From Candidatus Eiseniibacteriota bacterium (GTDB taxonomy: Bacteria > Eisenbacteria > RBG-16-71-46): a stretch of DNA of 64,000 nt. A program made the position numbers and the translations under genes. Where the stretch lies: the NCBI GenBank assembly GCA_031370785.1, contig JANMQY010000107.1:1-64000 (forward strand), given 5' to 3'. Numbering within the stretch: the first letter of the stretch is position 1; every line of letters starts with the position of its first letter. A model generated the notes under the pieces. That model did not search any database and was not told the origin of the DNA. It saw only the letters and a list, made by a program, of their open reading frames with translations. Positions 10,150 to 19,430 of this stretch are shown piece by piece.

Positions 10150-11601
10150 CTAGCGGGTCCGCCCGGGCACCACGATCTTGAGGAGCTGCCCGCTCTGCAC
10201 GGTCTCATCCGGCTGAAGGTTGTTGAGCACCGAAGTCTCGGCAGGCGTGATGGCCTGGGCGCCGAAACCCGCGAGCACGCTCGGGAGCGGTCCCGACGTC
10301 TTCGCCGCGACCACGCGCACGCGCTCGGGCACCGGCGAGAGCCGCGTCCGATCGGTCAGCGCACTGAACGAGCGGGCGCTCGCGAGAATGGTGCGCTCGT
10401 CCGCGCTGCCGTTCGCGCCGACCTGGCCGAGGATCTGGAACATCTGATCCGGCGAGCGGCGAATCCACACCGCCACCAGTGTGACCGGCGTCGCGCCCTG
10501 CTGAGCCACGCTTACCCTGCCCACCCACGCTTCGAATCCGCCGATGTTCTCGCGCGCACCGGTCTGCGCGGAGATCTTGCCCGCGCGCAGCAGCTGATCG
10601 ACGTAGGCCGAGGGCGAGAGCGCACCGGCCGAAGCGAGCGTGAGCTGGATCGCCGCGCTCTGGTTGCTCGAGGCCGCCACCACCGAGGAGCGCGAGTTCT
10701 GATACTTCCAGCCCGCGGGGAAGCTCATCTGGAATCCGAGCGCGGGATGGTAGAAGCGTTCGCCCTCGAAGTAGCCCTGCCGCGGATCGTTTCCATACAC
10801 CACGCCCTCCAGGCGCTGCACGTAGGCGCGCGAACGGATCAGCAGTCCGCTCTTCCCCGCTGCCGCGGCGTTGGCGAGCGCGGTGGTGTGCGCTTCGCGG
10901 TCGCCCGGATCCGGGTGCGTCGAGAGGAATGAGGGAATGCTCTGCCCCGAGACCTCGCTGATGCGCTTGAGCACGGCGTAGGTGGACGGGATCTCGCGCG
11001 GGTCATAGCCCGCCTTGGTCGCGTACTCGACTCCCAGCTCATCCGCCTGATTCTCGTTGTCGCGGCTGTACTTGAGGAACAGGAGTCCGAGTCCCTGCTG
11101 GGCCACATCGCCGAGTCGCCGCACCTGATCCGAAAGTATCGAGGCCACGCCCAGCCCGAGTCCGTAGAGCTGCTGCTTGGTGATCTGCTCGGCGGTGTGG
11201 CGATGGGTCACGTGCCCGATCTCGTGGCCGAGCACTCCGGCGAGCTGCGACTCGGAGTTCAGGTACGCGAGGATGCCGCGCGTGATGTAGATGTAGCCGC
11301 CCGGCATCGCGAACGCGTTGACCGCGGGATCGTCGAGCACCGTGAAGTGCCAGGTGAGGCCGGGCAGGTGCGAGACGCGCGCGAGCTTCTGGCCGACGCT
11401 GTCGACGTACGCCTGAATCCCGTTCTCATCGTACGCGCCGTACTCGGCGATGACCGCGGGGTACGCATCGCGCCCGATCTGATCTTCCTGCGCGCTGCTG
11501 ACCAGCGAGATCTCCTGCCGTCCCGTGACTGGATTGGTGGCGCAGCCTGCCGCCAGCAATGCGCCCGCGCCGAGCAGCGCGAGTCTTCGCCGTCGTTGCA
11601 T
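10150..11601 (-). CDS. M48 family zinc metalloprotease lipoprotein (BepA/YfgC-like)
   Basis: LAAGC lipobox, VNAFAMPGG, HEIGH zincin motif, ENQADELG, STHP. Confidence 0.88.
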   Translation of the reverse strand: MQRRRRLALLGAGALLAAGCATNPVTGRQEISLVSSAQEDQIGRDAYPAVIAEYGAYDENGIQAYVDSVGQKLARVSHLPGLTWHFTVLDDPAVNAFAMPGGYIYITRGILAYLNSESQLAGVLGHEIGHVTHRHTAEQITKQQLYGLGLGVASILSDQVRRLGDVAQQGLGLLFLKYSRDNENQADELGVEYATKAGYDPREIPSTYAVLKRISEVSGQSIPSFLSTHPDPGDREAHTTALANAAAAGKSGLLIRSRAYVQRLEGVVYGNDPRQGYFEGERFYHPALGFQMSFPAGWKYQNSRSSVVAASSNQSAAIQLTLASAGALSPSAYVDQLLRAGKISAQTGARENIGGFEAWVGRVSVAQQGATPVTLVAVWIRRSPDQMFQILGQVGANGSADERTILASARSFSALTDRTRLSPVPERVRVVAAKTSGPLPSVLAGFGAQAITPAETSVLNNLQPDETVQSGQLLKIVVPGRTR

Positions 11602-11619
11602 GGTCGATTCCTCCCTGGG

Positions 11620-13194
11620 TCAGTAGCGGGGGACCAATGGATCCACGTCGCGCGACCATGAATCGATGCCGCCGCGCAGGTTCCGGAGCTTGCGAAATCC
11701 AGATGAGTAAAGGTACTCGAGCGCGCGCATGCTGCGCTGGCCGTGGTGGCAGTGCAGCACGATCTCGCGGCTGCTGTCGAGCTCCGAGAGCCGCGCCGGA
11801 AGCGAGTTCAGCGGAATCAGTCTGGCGCCCTCGATGTGCGCGATCTCGAATTCGTGCGGCTCGCGGACGTCCACCAGATCGAAGTCCTCGCCGCGCGCCC
11901 GCCGCGCCTGGACCTCGCGCGCATCGACCTCCCAGCGCGCGGCCGACTCGGTCGCGGCCTCGACCGGCGTGATCCCGCAGAACTGTTCGTAGTCGATCAG
12001 CTCCTTGATGGTGGGGTTCTCGCCGCAGATCGGGCAGGCGGGATCCTTGCGCAGCTTGAGCTCGCGGAAGCGCATCGCCAGCGCGTCGAACAGCAGCAGC
12101 CGTCCGACCAGCGTCTCGCCGACGCCGAGGATCAGCTTGAGCGTCTCGATGCCCTGGATCACGCCGATCACGCCCGGCAGCACGCCGAGCACGCCGCCCT
12201 CGGCGCACGAGGGCACGAGCCCGGGCGGCGGCGGATCCGGATACAGGCAGCGGTAGCAGGGACCGACCCGGGCATCGAACACGCTGGCCTGTCCTTCGAA
12301 ACGGAAGATGCTCCCGTAGACGTTGGGCTTTCCGAGCAGCACGCACGCGTCGTTCACCAGGTAGCGCGTCGGGAAGTTGTCGGTGCCATCCACCACCACG
12401 TCGTAGGCCCGCATCAGGTCGAGCGCGTTCTCGCTGGAGATGCGCGTCTCGTGCCTGTCCACCCGCACGTTCGGGTTGAGATCCGTAAGGCGCGCGACCG
12501 CCGACTCGAGCTTCGACTTGCCGACGCTCGAAGTGCCGTGCAGGACCTGGCGCTGCAGGTTGCTCTCGTCCACCACATCGAAGTCGACGATGCCGATTCT
12601 CCCGACTCCGGCCGCGGCCAGGTAGAGCGCGAGCGGAGAGCCGAGTCCGCCGGCGCCGATGACCAGCACGCTCGCGGCCTTGATCCGGCGCTGCCCGGCG
12701 AGCCCGACTTCGGGCAGGATCAGGTGGCGGCTGTAGCGCAGCAGCTCTTCCTGCGAGAGCGGCGGCAGACCATCGGCGCCGGTCGCCCACGCGGGCTGGG
12801 TGCGCGTGGGCGCGGCGGACGCAGCTCGCGGCAGTCCTGCCGGCGGCGCCGACGCGGCGGATGGCGAGGACGCGGCGGAAGTCGCCGCTCTCCCGGAGCC
12901 GACCCGCGCGTCGTTGCCGCCCGCGATGCTGGGCACGATGCTCAGCGTGTCGTTGGCGGAAAGCGGCGTGGCCTCGCGCTCGAGGTGGCGCACGTCTTCG
13001 TCGTTGCGATACACGTTCACGAACCCGCGCAGCCGGCCCGAATCGTCATAGAGATGGCGCTTGAGTCCCGCGTGGCGCTCGACCAGACGACTCAGAGCCT
13101 CGCCGACCGTCGAGGCCTCGACTTCGACCACCGACTGCTGAGCGGCGTAGGGACGCAAAGGCGTGGGAATCCGAATCCGGGTGACGATGCTCAT
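11620..13194 (-). CDS. moeB: Fusion of ubiquitin-like sulfur carrier (MoaD/CysO-like), MoeB/ThiF adenylyltransferase and rhodanese (MoeZ-like)
   Basis: N-terminal beta-grasp IRIPTPLR...VNVYRNDED...SIVPSIAGG; Ala/Ser/Pro linker; RYSRH, GAGGLG, SNLQRQ, CYRC and CPIC zinc motifs; C-terminal rhodanese DVREPHE...CHHGQRS. Confidence 0.9.
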   Translation of the reverse strand: MSIVTRIRIPTPLRPYAAQQSVVEVEASTVGEALSRLVERHAGLKRHLYDDSGRLRGFVNVYRNDEDVRHLEREATPLSANDTLSIVPSIAGGNDARVGSGRAATSAASSPSAASAPPAGLPRAASAAPTRTQPAWATGADGLPPLSQEELLRYSRHLILPEVGLAGQRRIKAASVLVIGAGGLGSPLALYLAAAGVGRIGIVDFDVVDESNLQRQVLHGTSSVGKSKLESAVARLTDLNPNVRVDRHETRISSENALDLMRAYDVVVDGTDNFPTRYLVNDACVLLGKPNVYGSIFRFEGQASVFDARVGPCYRCLYPDPPPPGLVPSCAEGGVLGVLPGVIGVIQGIETLKLILGVGETLVGRLLLFDALAMRFRELKLRKDPACPICGENPTIKELIDYEQFCGITPVEAATESAARWEVDAREVQARRARGEDFDLVDVREPHEFEIAHIEGARLIPLNSLPARLSELDSSREIVLHCHHGQRSMRALEYLYSSGFRKLRNLRGGIDSWSRDVDPLVPRY

Positions 13195-13652
13195 CCACTG
13201 GCTCCATCCGGTTCGCGCGCCGCCTCAGGCGCGGTCAATTCGAGAGGTTCGGGGTCGAATCGGGAGCGATCTTCGGCGAGGCGCCAGGACTGCGTGTCGT
13301 AGGGCTGTCCCTGGCGCACGCTCACGATCAGATAGGAATAGTAGGGCCATGCGTGCTCGACGTCGAATGCCGAAGGGAGCGCGGGATGATCGGGATGCGA
13401 ATGGAAGAATCCGACCACGTCGAGTCCGCGCGCACGCGCCTCCTTCTCGGCCGCGAGGAACTGCTCGGGCGCGATCACGTAACGATTCTGGCGCGAGTCG
13501 GTGCGCTGGTTCTCGATGGTCACGACCGCCTCGACTTCGCGATGCGCGCCGACATCGCGGCCCAGCAGCACGCCGCACCCTTCCTCGGGATAGGCGGCGC
13601 CCAGGTGAGCGTGCACCTTCTCCGTCTCCGCCGCGCGCAGCCTCAGCGTCAC
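13191..13652 (-). CDS. mec: JAB/MPN+ (Mec-like) metalloprotease
   Basis: YPEEGCG...FFHSHPDHPALPSAFD JAMM motif; GTGA/ATGA overlaps with neighbours. Confidence 0.88.
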   Translation of the reverse strand: MTLRLRAAETEKVHAHLGAAYPEEGCGVLLGRDVGAHREVEAVVTIENQRTDSRQNRYVIAPEQFLAAEKEARARGLDVVGFFHSHPDHPALPSAFDVEHAWPYYSYLIVSVRQGQPYDTQSWRLAEDRSRFDPEPLELTAPEAAREPDGASG

Positions 13653-14578
13653 GCCTCCTCCCACATCGGCTCGCTCATGTAGCGCTCGGCGCCATCCGGC
13701 AGGATCGCGACGATCACGCCGCGCGTGAGCCCACGCGCCACGCGTTCGGCCGCAACCAGCGCAGCTCCCGCCGACCAGCCGAGCAGCAGGCCTCGCCGCG
13801 CCTGACGCCTGACCATGGCGATCGCCTCCTCGCTCGCGACTTCCACGGTGCGTTGGTGCGTGGCGGGATCGTAAATCGACGGCACCATGGCGCTCGCCAG
13901 ATGCTTGAGTCCTTCGAGCGCGTGATAGGGCGAGTCGGGCTGGACCGCGATCGCCTCGATCGAGGAATCGTGCTCGTGCAATCCCCGGGCGGTTCCGACC
14001 AGCGTGCCCGACGTGCCGATGCCAGCGACCAGATGCGTCACCCGGCCCGCGGTATCGGACCAGATCTCCTCGGCGGTGGTGCGATGGTGCGCGCGCCAGT
14101 TTTCCGGATTCGAATACTGGTCCGGATAGAACCACCGCGGGGGGTCTTCCGCCACGAGCCGGCGCGCTTCGATGATTGCGCCATCGGCTCCGTCCATCGA
14201 ATCGGTGAGCGTCACTTGGGCGCCGAGCGCGGCGAGCAGACGCTGGCGCTCCGCATTCGCGTTCGCGGGCACGCACAGATGCACGCGGTGTCCGCGGGTC
14301 GCGCCGATCCAGGCGTACGCAATCCCGGTGTTCCCCGAGGTCGCATCGATCAGGGTTCGGCCGGGCCTGAGCCCGCCCGAGATCTCCCCCGCGCGAACCA
14401 TCGCCCATGCCGCCCGGTCCTTGACCGAGCCGCCGGGGTTGAACCACTCGGCCTTGCCCAGCACCGAGACCTCGTCCGGCAGGCCCTCGAGCCCTGAGAT
14501 CGGCACCAACGGCGTATGGCCGATGAGGTCGACCAGCCCCGAGTAGCCGGCGGCGCGGATGAGATCAGAGACGTTCAT
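13649..14578 (-). CDS. cysM: PLP-dependent cysteine synthase (CysM-type)
   Basis: IGHTPLV, NPGGSVKDR (PLP Lys), ATSGNTG, GIGTSGT, PDGAERYMS; start approximate. Confidence 0.88.
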   Translation of the reverse strand: MNVSDLIRAAGYSGLVDLIGHTPLVPISGLEGLPDEVSVLGKAEWFNPGGSVKDRAAWAMVRAGEISGGLRPGRTLIDATSGNTGIAYAWIGATRGHRVHLCVPANANAERQRLLAALGAQVTLTDSMDGADGAIIEARRLVAEDPPRWFYPDQYSNPENWRAHHRTTAEEIWSDTAGRVTHLVAGIGTSGTLVGTARGLHEHDSSIEAIAVQPDSPYHALEGLKHLASAMVPSIYDPATHQRTVEVASEEAIAMVRRQARRGLLLGWSAGAALVAAERVARGLTRGVIVAILPDGAERYMSEPMWEEA

Positions 14579-14712
14579 GGGAGACCGATTCGATGCGCGG
14601 CCGATGCTTTGGGTCCCGCTGATTTCCTGAAGCGGCCCGGCAGTCGCCGATTCCGGACGTGTTTGCCCCCCGGTCATTGGCAATCGCCGCAGGCCACGGC
14701 TACGATGCCGCG

Positions 14713-15711
14713 GTGATCCTCGCCGGTGACGTCGGTGGCACCAAGACCCATCTCGCTCTCTACGCGCCCGAGGCGACTCCGCGCCGGCCCGCGTTCGACC
14801 GGATCTACGCGAGCCACGAGCACCCGTCACTCGACTCGCTGATCAAGGCCTTTCTGGTCGAGGCGGGGGGCGCACGAATCGAGCGAGCGGTGTTCGGAAT
14901 CGCAGGCGTCGTGGTCGGGAATCGCGGTGAGACCACCAACCTGCCGTGGCACGTGGACGGCCTTTCGATCGCAAAGATGCTCGGCGGCGCGGCCGTGACC
15001 CTGATCAACGACCTCGCCGCCACCGCACACGGACTGGACCTCTTGGGCGAGGCCGAGCTGGAGACGCTTCAGCCGGGCAGCATCCCGGAGCTGGTCGAGC
15101 GCGCGCACGGGTCGCGCGCAGTGATCGCGGCGGGCACCGGGCTCGGCATGGTCGCCACGTTGCGTGACGGAACGCACACGGTCGTTGCGCCCTCGGAGGG
15201 CGGTCACGCCGATTTCGCGCCGCGCACCGACGAGGAGATCGCATTGCATGGCTGGTTGCGCGTGCGCTACGGAAGGGTGAGCGCCGAGCGCGTGCTCTCC
15301 GGCCGCGGGCTCGCCGACATCCATCGCTTTCTCGGAGAGCGAAAGCGCGGCGCAGAGAGTGCAGAATTCGCGGCGCGCTTCGCGGCAGCCGACGATCCGG
15401 CGGCGGTCGTGACCGCGGGCGCGCTCGCTGGGAGCTGCGAGCGCGCGGTGCTGGCGCTCGGACTTTTCGTCGAGGCGTATGGCGGTGAAGCTGGAAATCT
15501 GGCGCTGCGCGCGCTGCCGATCGAGGGCCTGTTCCTCGGCGGCGGAATCGCGCCGCGCATCCGTTCCGCGTTTCGCGACGGGCGCTTTCTGAACGCGTTT
15601 CGGGACAAGCCACCGATGACCGAGCTGCTGGAGCGCATTCCAGTGCATCTGATCCTCGAGCCAAAGACCGCGCTGTGGGGCGCCGCCGCACTGGCGCTCG
15701 CACGCGACTGA
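14713..15711 (+). CDS. glk: Glucokinase (Glk family)
   Basis: GTG start, LAGDVGGTKT, INDL, AGTGLG, SEGGHADF, GGGIAP. Confidence 0.92.
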   Translation: MILAGDVGGTKTHLALYAPEATPRRPAFDRIYASHEHPSLDSLIKAFLVEAGGARIERAVFGIAGVVVGNRGETTNLPWHVDGLSIAKMLGGAAVTLINDLAATAHGLDLLGEAELETLQPGSIPELVERAHGSRAVIAAGTGLGMVATLRDGTHTVVAPSEGGHADFAPRTDEEIALHGWLRVRYGRVSAERVLSGRGLADIHRFLGERKRGAESAEFAARFAAADDPAAVVTAGALAGSCERAVLALGLFVEAYGGEAGNLALRALPIEGLFLGGGIAPRIRSAFRDGRFLNAFRDKPPMTELLERIPVHLILEPKTALWGAAALALARD

Positions 15712-15723
15712 AGGAGAATCATC

Positions 15724-17748
15724 ATGTCGGTCACCCCTTCTTCCACCGGGCGCGCGACGCTCGAGCAGCTCGCGGTGAACACCATCCGCTTCCTCGCGGT
15801 GGATGCGGTCGAGAAAGCGAAGAGCGGGCATCCCGGCATGCCGATGGGCATGGCCGACGTCGGCTACGTGCTCTGGACTCGTTTCCTGCGCCACGATCCG
15901 CGCGATCCGGACTGGCCGGGGCGCGACCGATTCGTGCTCTCGGCCGGGCACGGCTCGATGCTGCTCTACGCATTGCTCCATCTGAGCGGCTACGACCTGC
16001 CGATGGACGAGCTCGAGCGCTTCCGCCAGCTCGGCAGCCGCACCCCCGGACATCCCGAGCACGGACACACGGCGGGCGTCGAGACCACGACCGGCCCGCT
16101 CGGCCAGGGCTTTGGCAACGGAGTGGGCATGGCGGTGGCCGCGAAGATGCTGGACGCGCGATTCGGTGATGCGAAGTTCTCGCCGGGCGCATGGCGGGTG
16201 TGGGGCATCGTGAGTGACGGCGACATGATGGAGGGCGTGGCTTCCGAAGCCGCATCGCTCGCCGGCCACTGGGGCCTCGGCAACCTGACCTGCATCTACG
16301 ACGACAACCACATCTCGATCGAAGGGGACACCGCGCTCGCGTTTACCGAGGACGTGGCGAAGCGCTTCGACGCGTACGGCTGGCACGTGCAGCGCGCCGA
16401 TCCCTACGATCGCGAAGCCATTGCCACCGCGCTCGAGCGCGCCGCGGCCGAAATCGCGCGTCCGAGCCTGGTGATCTGCCGCAGCCACATCGCCTACGGT
16501 GCGCCGAACAAGCACGACTCCGCCTCCGCCCACGGCGAGCCGCTCGGCGCCGAAGAAGTCGCGGCTACCAGGCGCGCTCTCGGCTGGCCCGAGTCGCCCA
16601 CCTTTTTCGTTCCCGACGATGTTCGCGCGCATTTCGCGGATCGCGCCTCCGAGCTCGCCCGCGATCACGCGGCGTGGAACCAGCAGCTGGCGGAGTGGCG
16701 CACGCGCAATCCCGAGCGCGCGGCGGCGTGGGATGCGCTGATCGCGCGCCGCGTCCCGGCCGATCTCTATCCGCGCCTGATCTCGACCGCACCCGCCGGC
16801 GCTGCTGCGACGCGCGCGCACGGCAACGCGGTGCTCCAGCAGGCCGCGGCGCTGGTGCCGCAGCTGGTCGGGGGCAGCGCCGACCTCGAGCCGTCGACCA
16901 AGACCTGGATCAAGGGCTCCGAGGCGATCGCCCGCGGCAAATTCGAAGGGCGCAATTTCCACTTCGGCGTGCGCGAGCACGGCATGGCGTCGATCGCGAA
17001 CGGTCTCGCGCTCTCCGGGTTCATTCCCTACGGCGCCTCGTTCCTGATCTTCACCGACTACTGCCGCCCGTCGATCCGGCTGAGTGCGCTGATGAAGCAG
17101 CAGGTGATCTGGGTGTTCACCCACGACAGCGTGTTCCTCGGCGAGGACGGGCCGACCCACGAGCCGATCGAGCACCTGACCGCGCTGCGCGCGATCCCTG
17201 ACCTGCTGGTGATCCGTCCCGCGGACGGGCTCGAGACCGCCGCGGCGTGGGCGCTCGCGCTCGAGCGGCGCGATGGCCCGACGCTGATCGTGCTCACCCG
17301 CCAGACTCTTCCCGCGATCGAGCGCCCCGCGGACTTCGATGCCGCGGTGCTGCGTCGCGGCGGCCACGTGCTGCGCGAATCGAAGACAGCGGGCGCGCCC
17401 ACCCTGATCGCGACCGGCTCCGAGGTGGGGCTCGCGATCGAAGCGGCGAAGAAGCTGGAGTCGGACGGCGTGGCGGTGCGCGTGGTGAGCATGCCCGCTC
17501 CGCAGAGCTTCCTGGCCGAAGACTCCGCCTGGCGCGAGCGCGTGCTGCCCGCGGCATCGCGACGCGTCTCGCTCGAGGCCGGCAGCACCGACTACTGGCA
17601 CCGGTTCATCGGCGAGCGCGGACTCGCGATCGGCATCGACCGCTACGGCGTGTCCGCACCGCTCAAGGACGTGCAGGAATACTTTGGCTTCACGCCGGAC
17701 AAGGTGGCGGCCCGCATCCGAGAATGGCTCGCGGGGTCCGGGGGGTGA
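15724..17748 (+). CDS. tkt: Transketolase
   Basis: SGHPGMPMG, DRFVLSAGHGS, GDMMEG ThDP motif, FGVREHGM, THDSVFLGEDGPTHEP. Confidence 0.96.
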   Translation: MSVTPSSTGRATLEQLAVNTIRFLAVDAVEKAKSGHPGMPMGMADVGYVLWTRFLRHDPRDPDWPGRDRFVLSAGHGSMLLYALLHLSGYDLPMDELERFRQLGSRTPGHPEHGHTAGVETTTGPLGQGFGNGVGMAVAAKMLDARFGDAKFSPGAWRVWGIVSDGDMMEGVASEAASLAGHWGLGNLTCIYDDNHISIEGDTALAFTEDVAKRFDAYGWHVQRADPYDREAIATALERAAAEIARPSLVICRSHIAYGAPNKHDSASAHGEPLGAEEVAATRRALGWPESPTFFVPDDVRAHFADRASELARDHAAWNQQLAEWRTRNPERAAAWDALIARRVPADLYPRLISTAPAGAAATRAHGNAVLQQAAALVPQLVGGSADLEPSTKTWIKGSEAIARGKFEGRNFHFGVREHGMASIANGLALSGFIPYGASFLIFTDYCRPSIRLSALMKQQVIWVFTHDSVFLGEDGPTHEPIEHLTALRAIPDLLVIRPADGLETAAAWALALERRDGPTLIVLTRQTLPAIERPADFDAAVLRRGGHVLRESKTAGAPTLIATGSEVGLAIEAAKKLESDGVAVRVVSMPAPQSFLAEDSAWRERVLPAASRRVSLEAGSTDYWHRFIGERGLAIGIDRYGVSAPLKDVQEYFGFTPDKVAARIREWLAGSGG

Positions 17749-18635
17749 GCGCACCGGCCGCAGCGCCCTCCAGCACCCGGCCCTGGCTCGCGTTCGGGAC
17801 CTGCGGCGTGATCTGGGGCAGCACGTTCCTCGTCATCTCGATCGGCAACGACACGCTCGCCCCGGTATGGGCCGCTGCGCTGCGCCTGCTGCTGGCCGCG
17901 ATCCTGCTCACCGCCTGGACGATGCTTCGCCGGGTCGCGCTGCCGAAAGGCGCCGCGCTGCGAACCGCCCTCATCTATGGCGTGTGCCAGTTCGGCATCA
18001 ACCTCCCGCTCCTCTACTGGGGCGAGAAGCTGGTGCCCTCGGGACTCTCGGCGGTGTTCTACGCGACCATTCCGCTGTCGAGCGCGCTCATGACCCGCGC
18101 GCTCGGAATGGAATCGCTCAATGCCTTCAAGATCGTCGGCGCGCTCACCGCGTTCGGCGGGGTGGCGGTGCTGTTCTCTTCCAGCTATCACGGCGAGATC
18201 GCGCCCATCGGCATGCTCGCGATCTTCGCTGCCGCCACGATCGCGGGGTTCGGCGTCATTCTCCTCAAGCGGGGCCCGCGCCAGGACCCGATCGCGGCCA
18301 ACGCGGTCGCCACCGCGGTCGGCGGGGTGATGTCGCTCGCGATCAGCTTCGGGATGCGCGAGGCGCACATGCTCCCGGTCACCCTGGCTTCGGCGCTGCC
18401 GCTCCTCTACCTCACGCTCGCGGGATCACTCGGCGCGTTCGTGATCATGTCGTGGCTCGTCAATTACTGGCCGGCGACCCGCGTGAGCTACATCTCGGTG
18501 ATCGTGCCGGTGATCGCGCTGGTGCTGGGGAGCGTGGTGCGCCACGAGCGGCTGACCCTGGTCAGCCTCGCCGGTTCCGCGCTGGTGCTGGTCGGATTGC
18601 TGATCGGCATGCGCGGATCAACGGGCGGACACTGA
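17745..18635 (+). CDS. EamA/DMT family transporter
   Basis: GTG overlapping tkt stop; IWGSTF, ~10 TM helices, two EamA halves. Confidence 0.85.
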   Translation: MSAPAAAPSSTRPWLAFGTCGVIWGSTFLVISIGNDTLAPVWAAALRLLLAAILLTAWTMLRRVALPKGAALRTALIYGVCQFGINLPLLYWGEKLVPSGLSAVFYATIPLSSALMTRALGMESLNAFKIVGALTAFGGVAVLFSSSYHGEIAPIGMLAIFAAATIAGFGVILLKRGPRQDPIAANAVATAVGGVMSLAISFGMREAHMLPVTLASALPLLYLTLAGSLGAFVIMSWLVNYWPATRVSYISVIVPVIALVLGSVVRHERLTLVSLAGSALVLVGLLIGMRGSTGGH

Positions 18636-18666
18636 GGAACGAAGTCCAGCGGCGAACCTGCCGACC

Positions 18667-18975
18667 TCACTTCAGAAACCATTGCCGTTCGTGCCATGCC
18701 AGCACCAGCAACGACGTGGTCGCGATCAGCCAGCCGAGTGCCCACGGAGGGCGGCGGTGGATGAAACGGCCGATCGCCATTCCGGACAGGCCGCCCACGG
18801 CCGCGTACAGAAGCCAGCCGTACCATCGGACTGCCGGCTCTCCCGGAACGGCCAGGAATCCCCACGAGTCGAGCCCGGGAAAGAAGTAGATCGCCGGCCA
18901 GGGCAGGAGAACAGCCACCGTGTAGGCCAGCACCGCGCCAACCGTGGCGCCCCACCACGCCGCGGGCCTTCTCAC
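18667..18975 (-). CDS. Small hypothetical membrane protein (3 TM, Trp-rich)
   Basis: GTGA overlap with upstream gene; [13 protein letters not shown]...WHERQWFLK. Confidence 0.6.
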   Translation of the reverse strand: MRRPAAWWGATVGAVLAYTVAVLLPWPAIYFFPGLDSWGFLAVPGEPAVRWYGWLLYAAVGGLSGMAIGRFIHRRPPWALGWLIATTSLLVLAWHERQWFLK

Positions 18976-19430
18976 AGGCCTCGGATGTTGTTGACGATGT
19001 GGCCGACCAGAAAATTCCACCACACCACGGCCGCCAGGAATGTCGTGAACGCTCGCCGCGCGGCCGTTTCCGTCGGCTGACGCCAGACCGCCCAATAGGC
19101 CGGAAGCAACGCGAGCCCGATTGCCGCTGCGTGTTCCTTCACTTCGAAGAGCCCGGTCGCCCAAGGCACGTGCGCGTCCAGGTACTGGGCGCGGGCGAAC
19201 AGGCGGAACGGGAGGTAGTCGATCGCGCCCAGAAGCACCGTGAGGCAGAACAGGAAGACGATTGCTCGCACGTAGCGTTCCGGGTGGACCGCGCGCAGCG
19301 AGTGCCACCACGCGGCGTGTAGTCCTGACGCCGGCCACCAGAGCGCCAGCGCCTGGTGCGTGACCGCCCCGAGCAGCAGCATGGCGCTCAACCCGTGCAG
19401 CACCAGGAACAGCACCTTGAGGAAGTTCAC
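18972..19430 (-). CDS. Hypothetical 4-TM membrane protein with possible heme-b ligand histidines
   Basis: GTG overlapping pckG stop; [31 protein letters not shown]. Confidence 0.7.
   Translation of the reverse strand: MNFLKVLFLVLHGLSAMLLLGAVTHQALALWWPASGLHAAWWHSLRAVHPERYVRAIVFLFCLTVLLGAIDYLPFRLFARAQYLDAHVPWATGLFEVKEHAAAIGLALLPAYWAVWRQPTETAARRAFTTFLAAVVWWNFLVGHIVNNIRGL

Noticed and set aside
14827..17754. 975-aa minus-strand ORF
   Set aside because: Antisense shadow of glk/tkt
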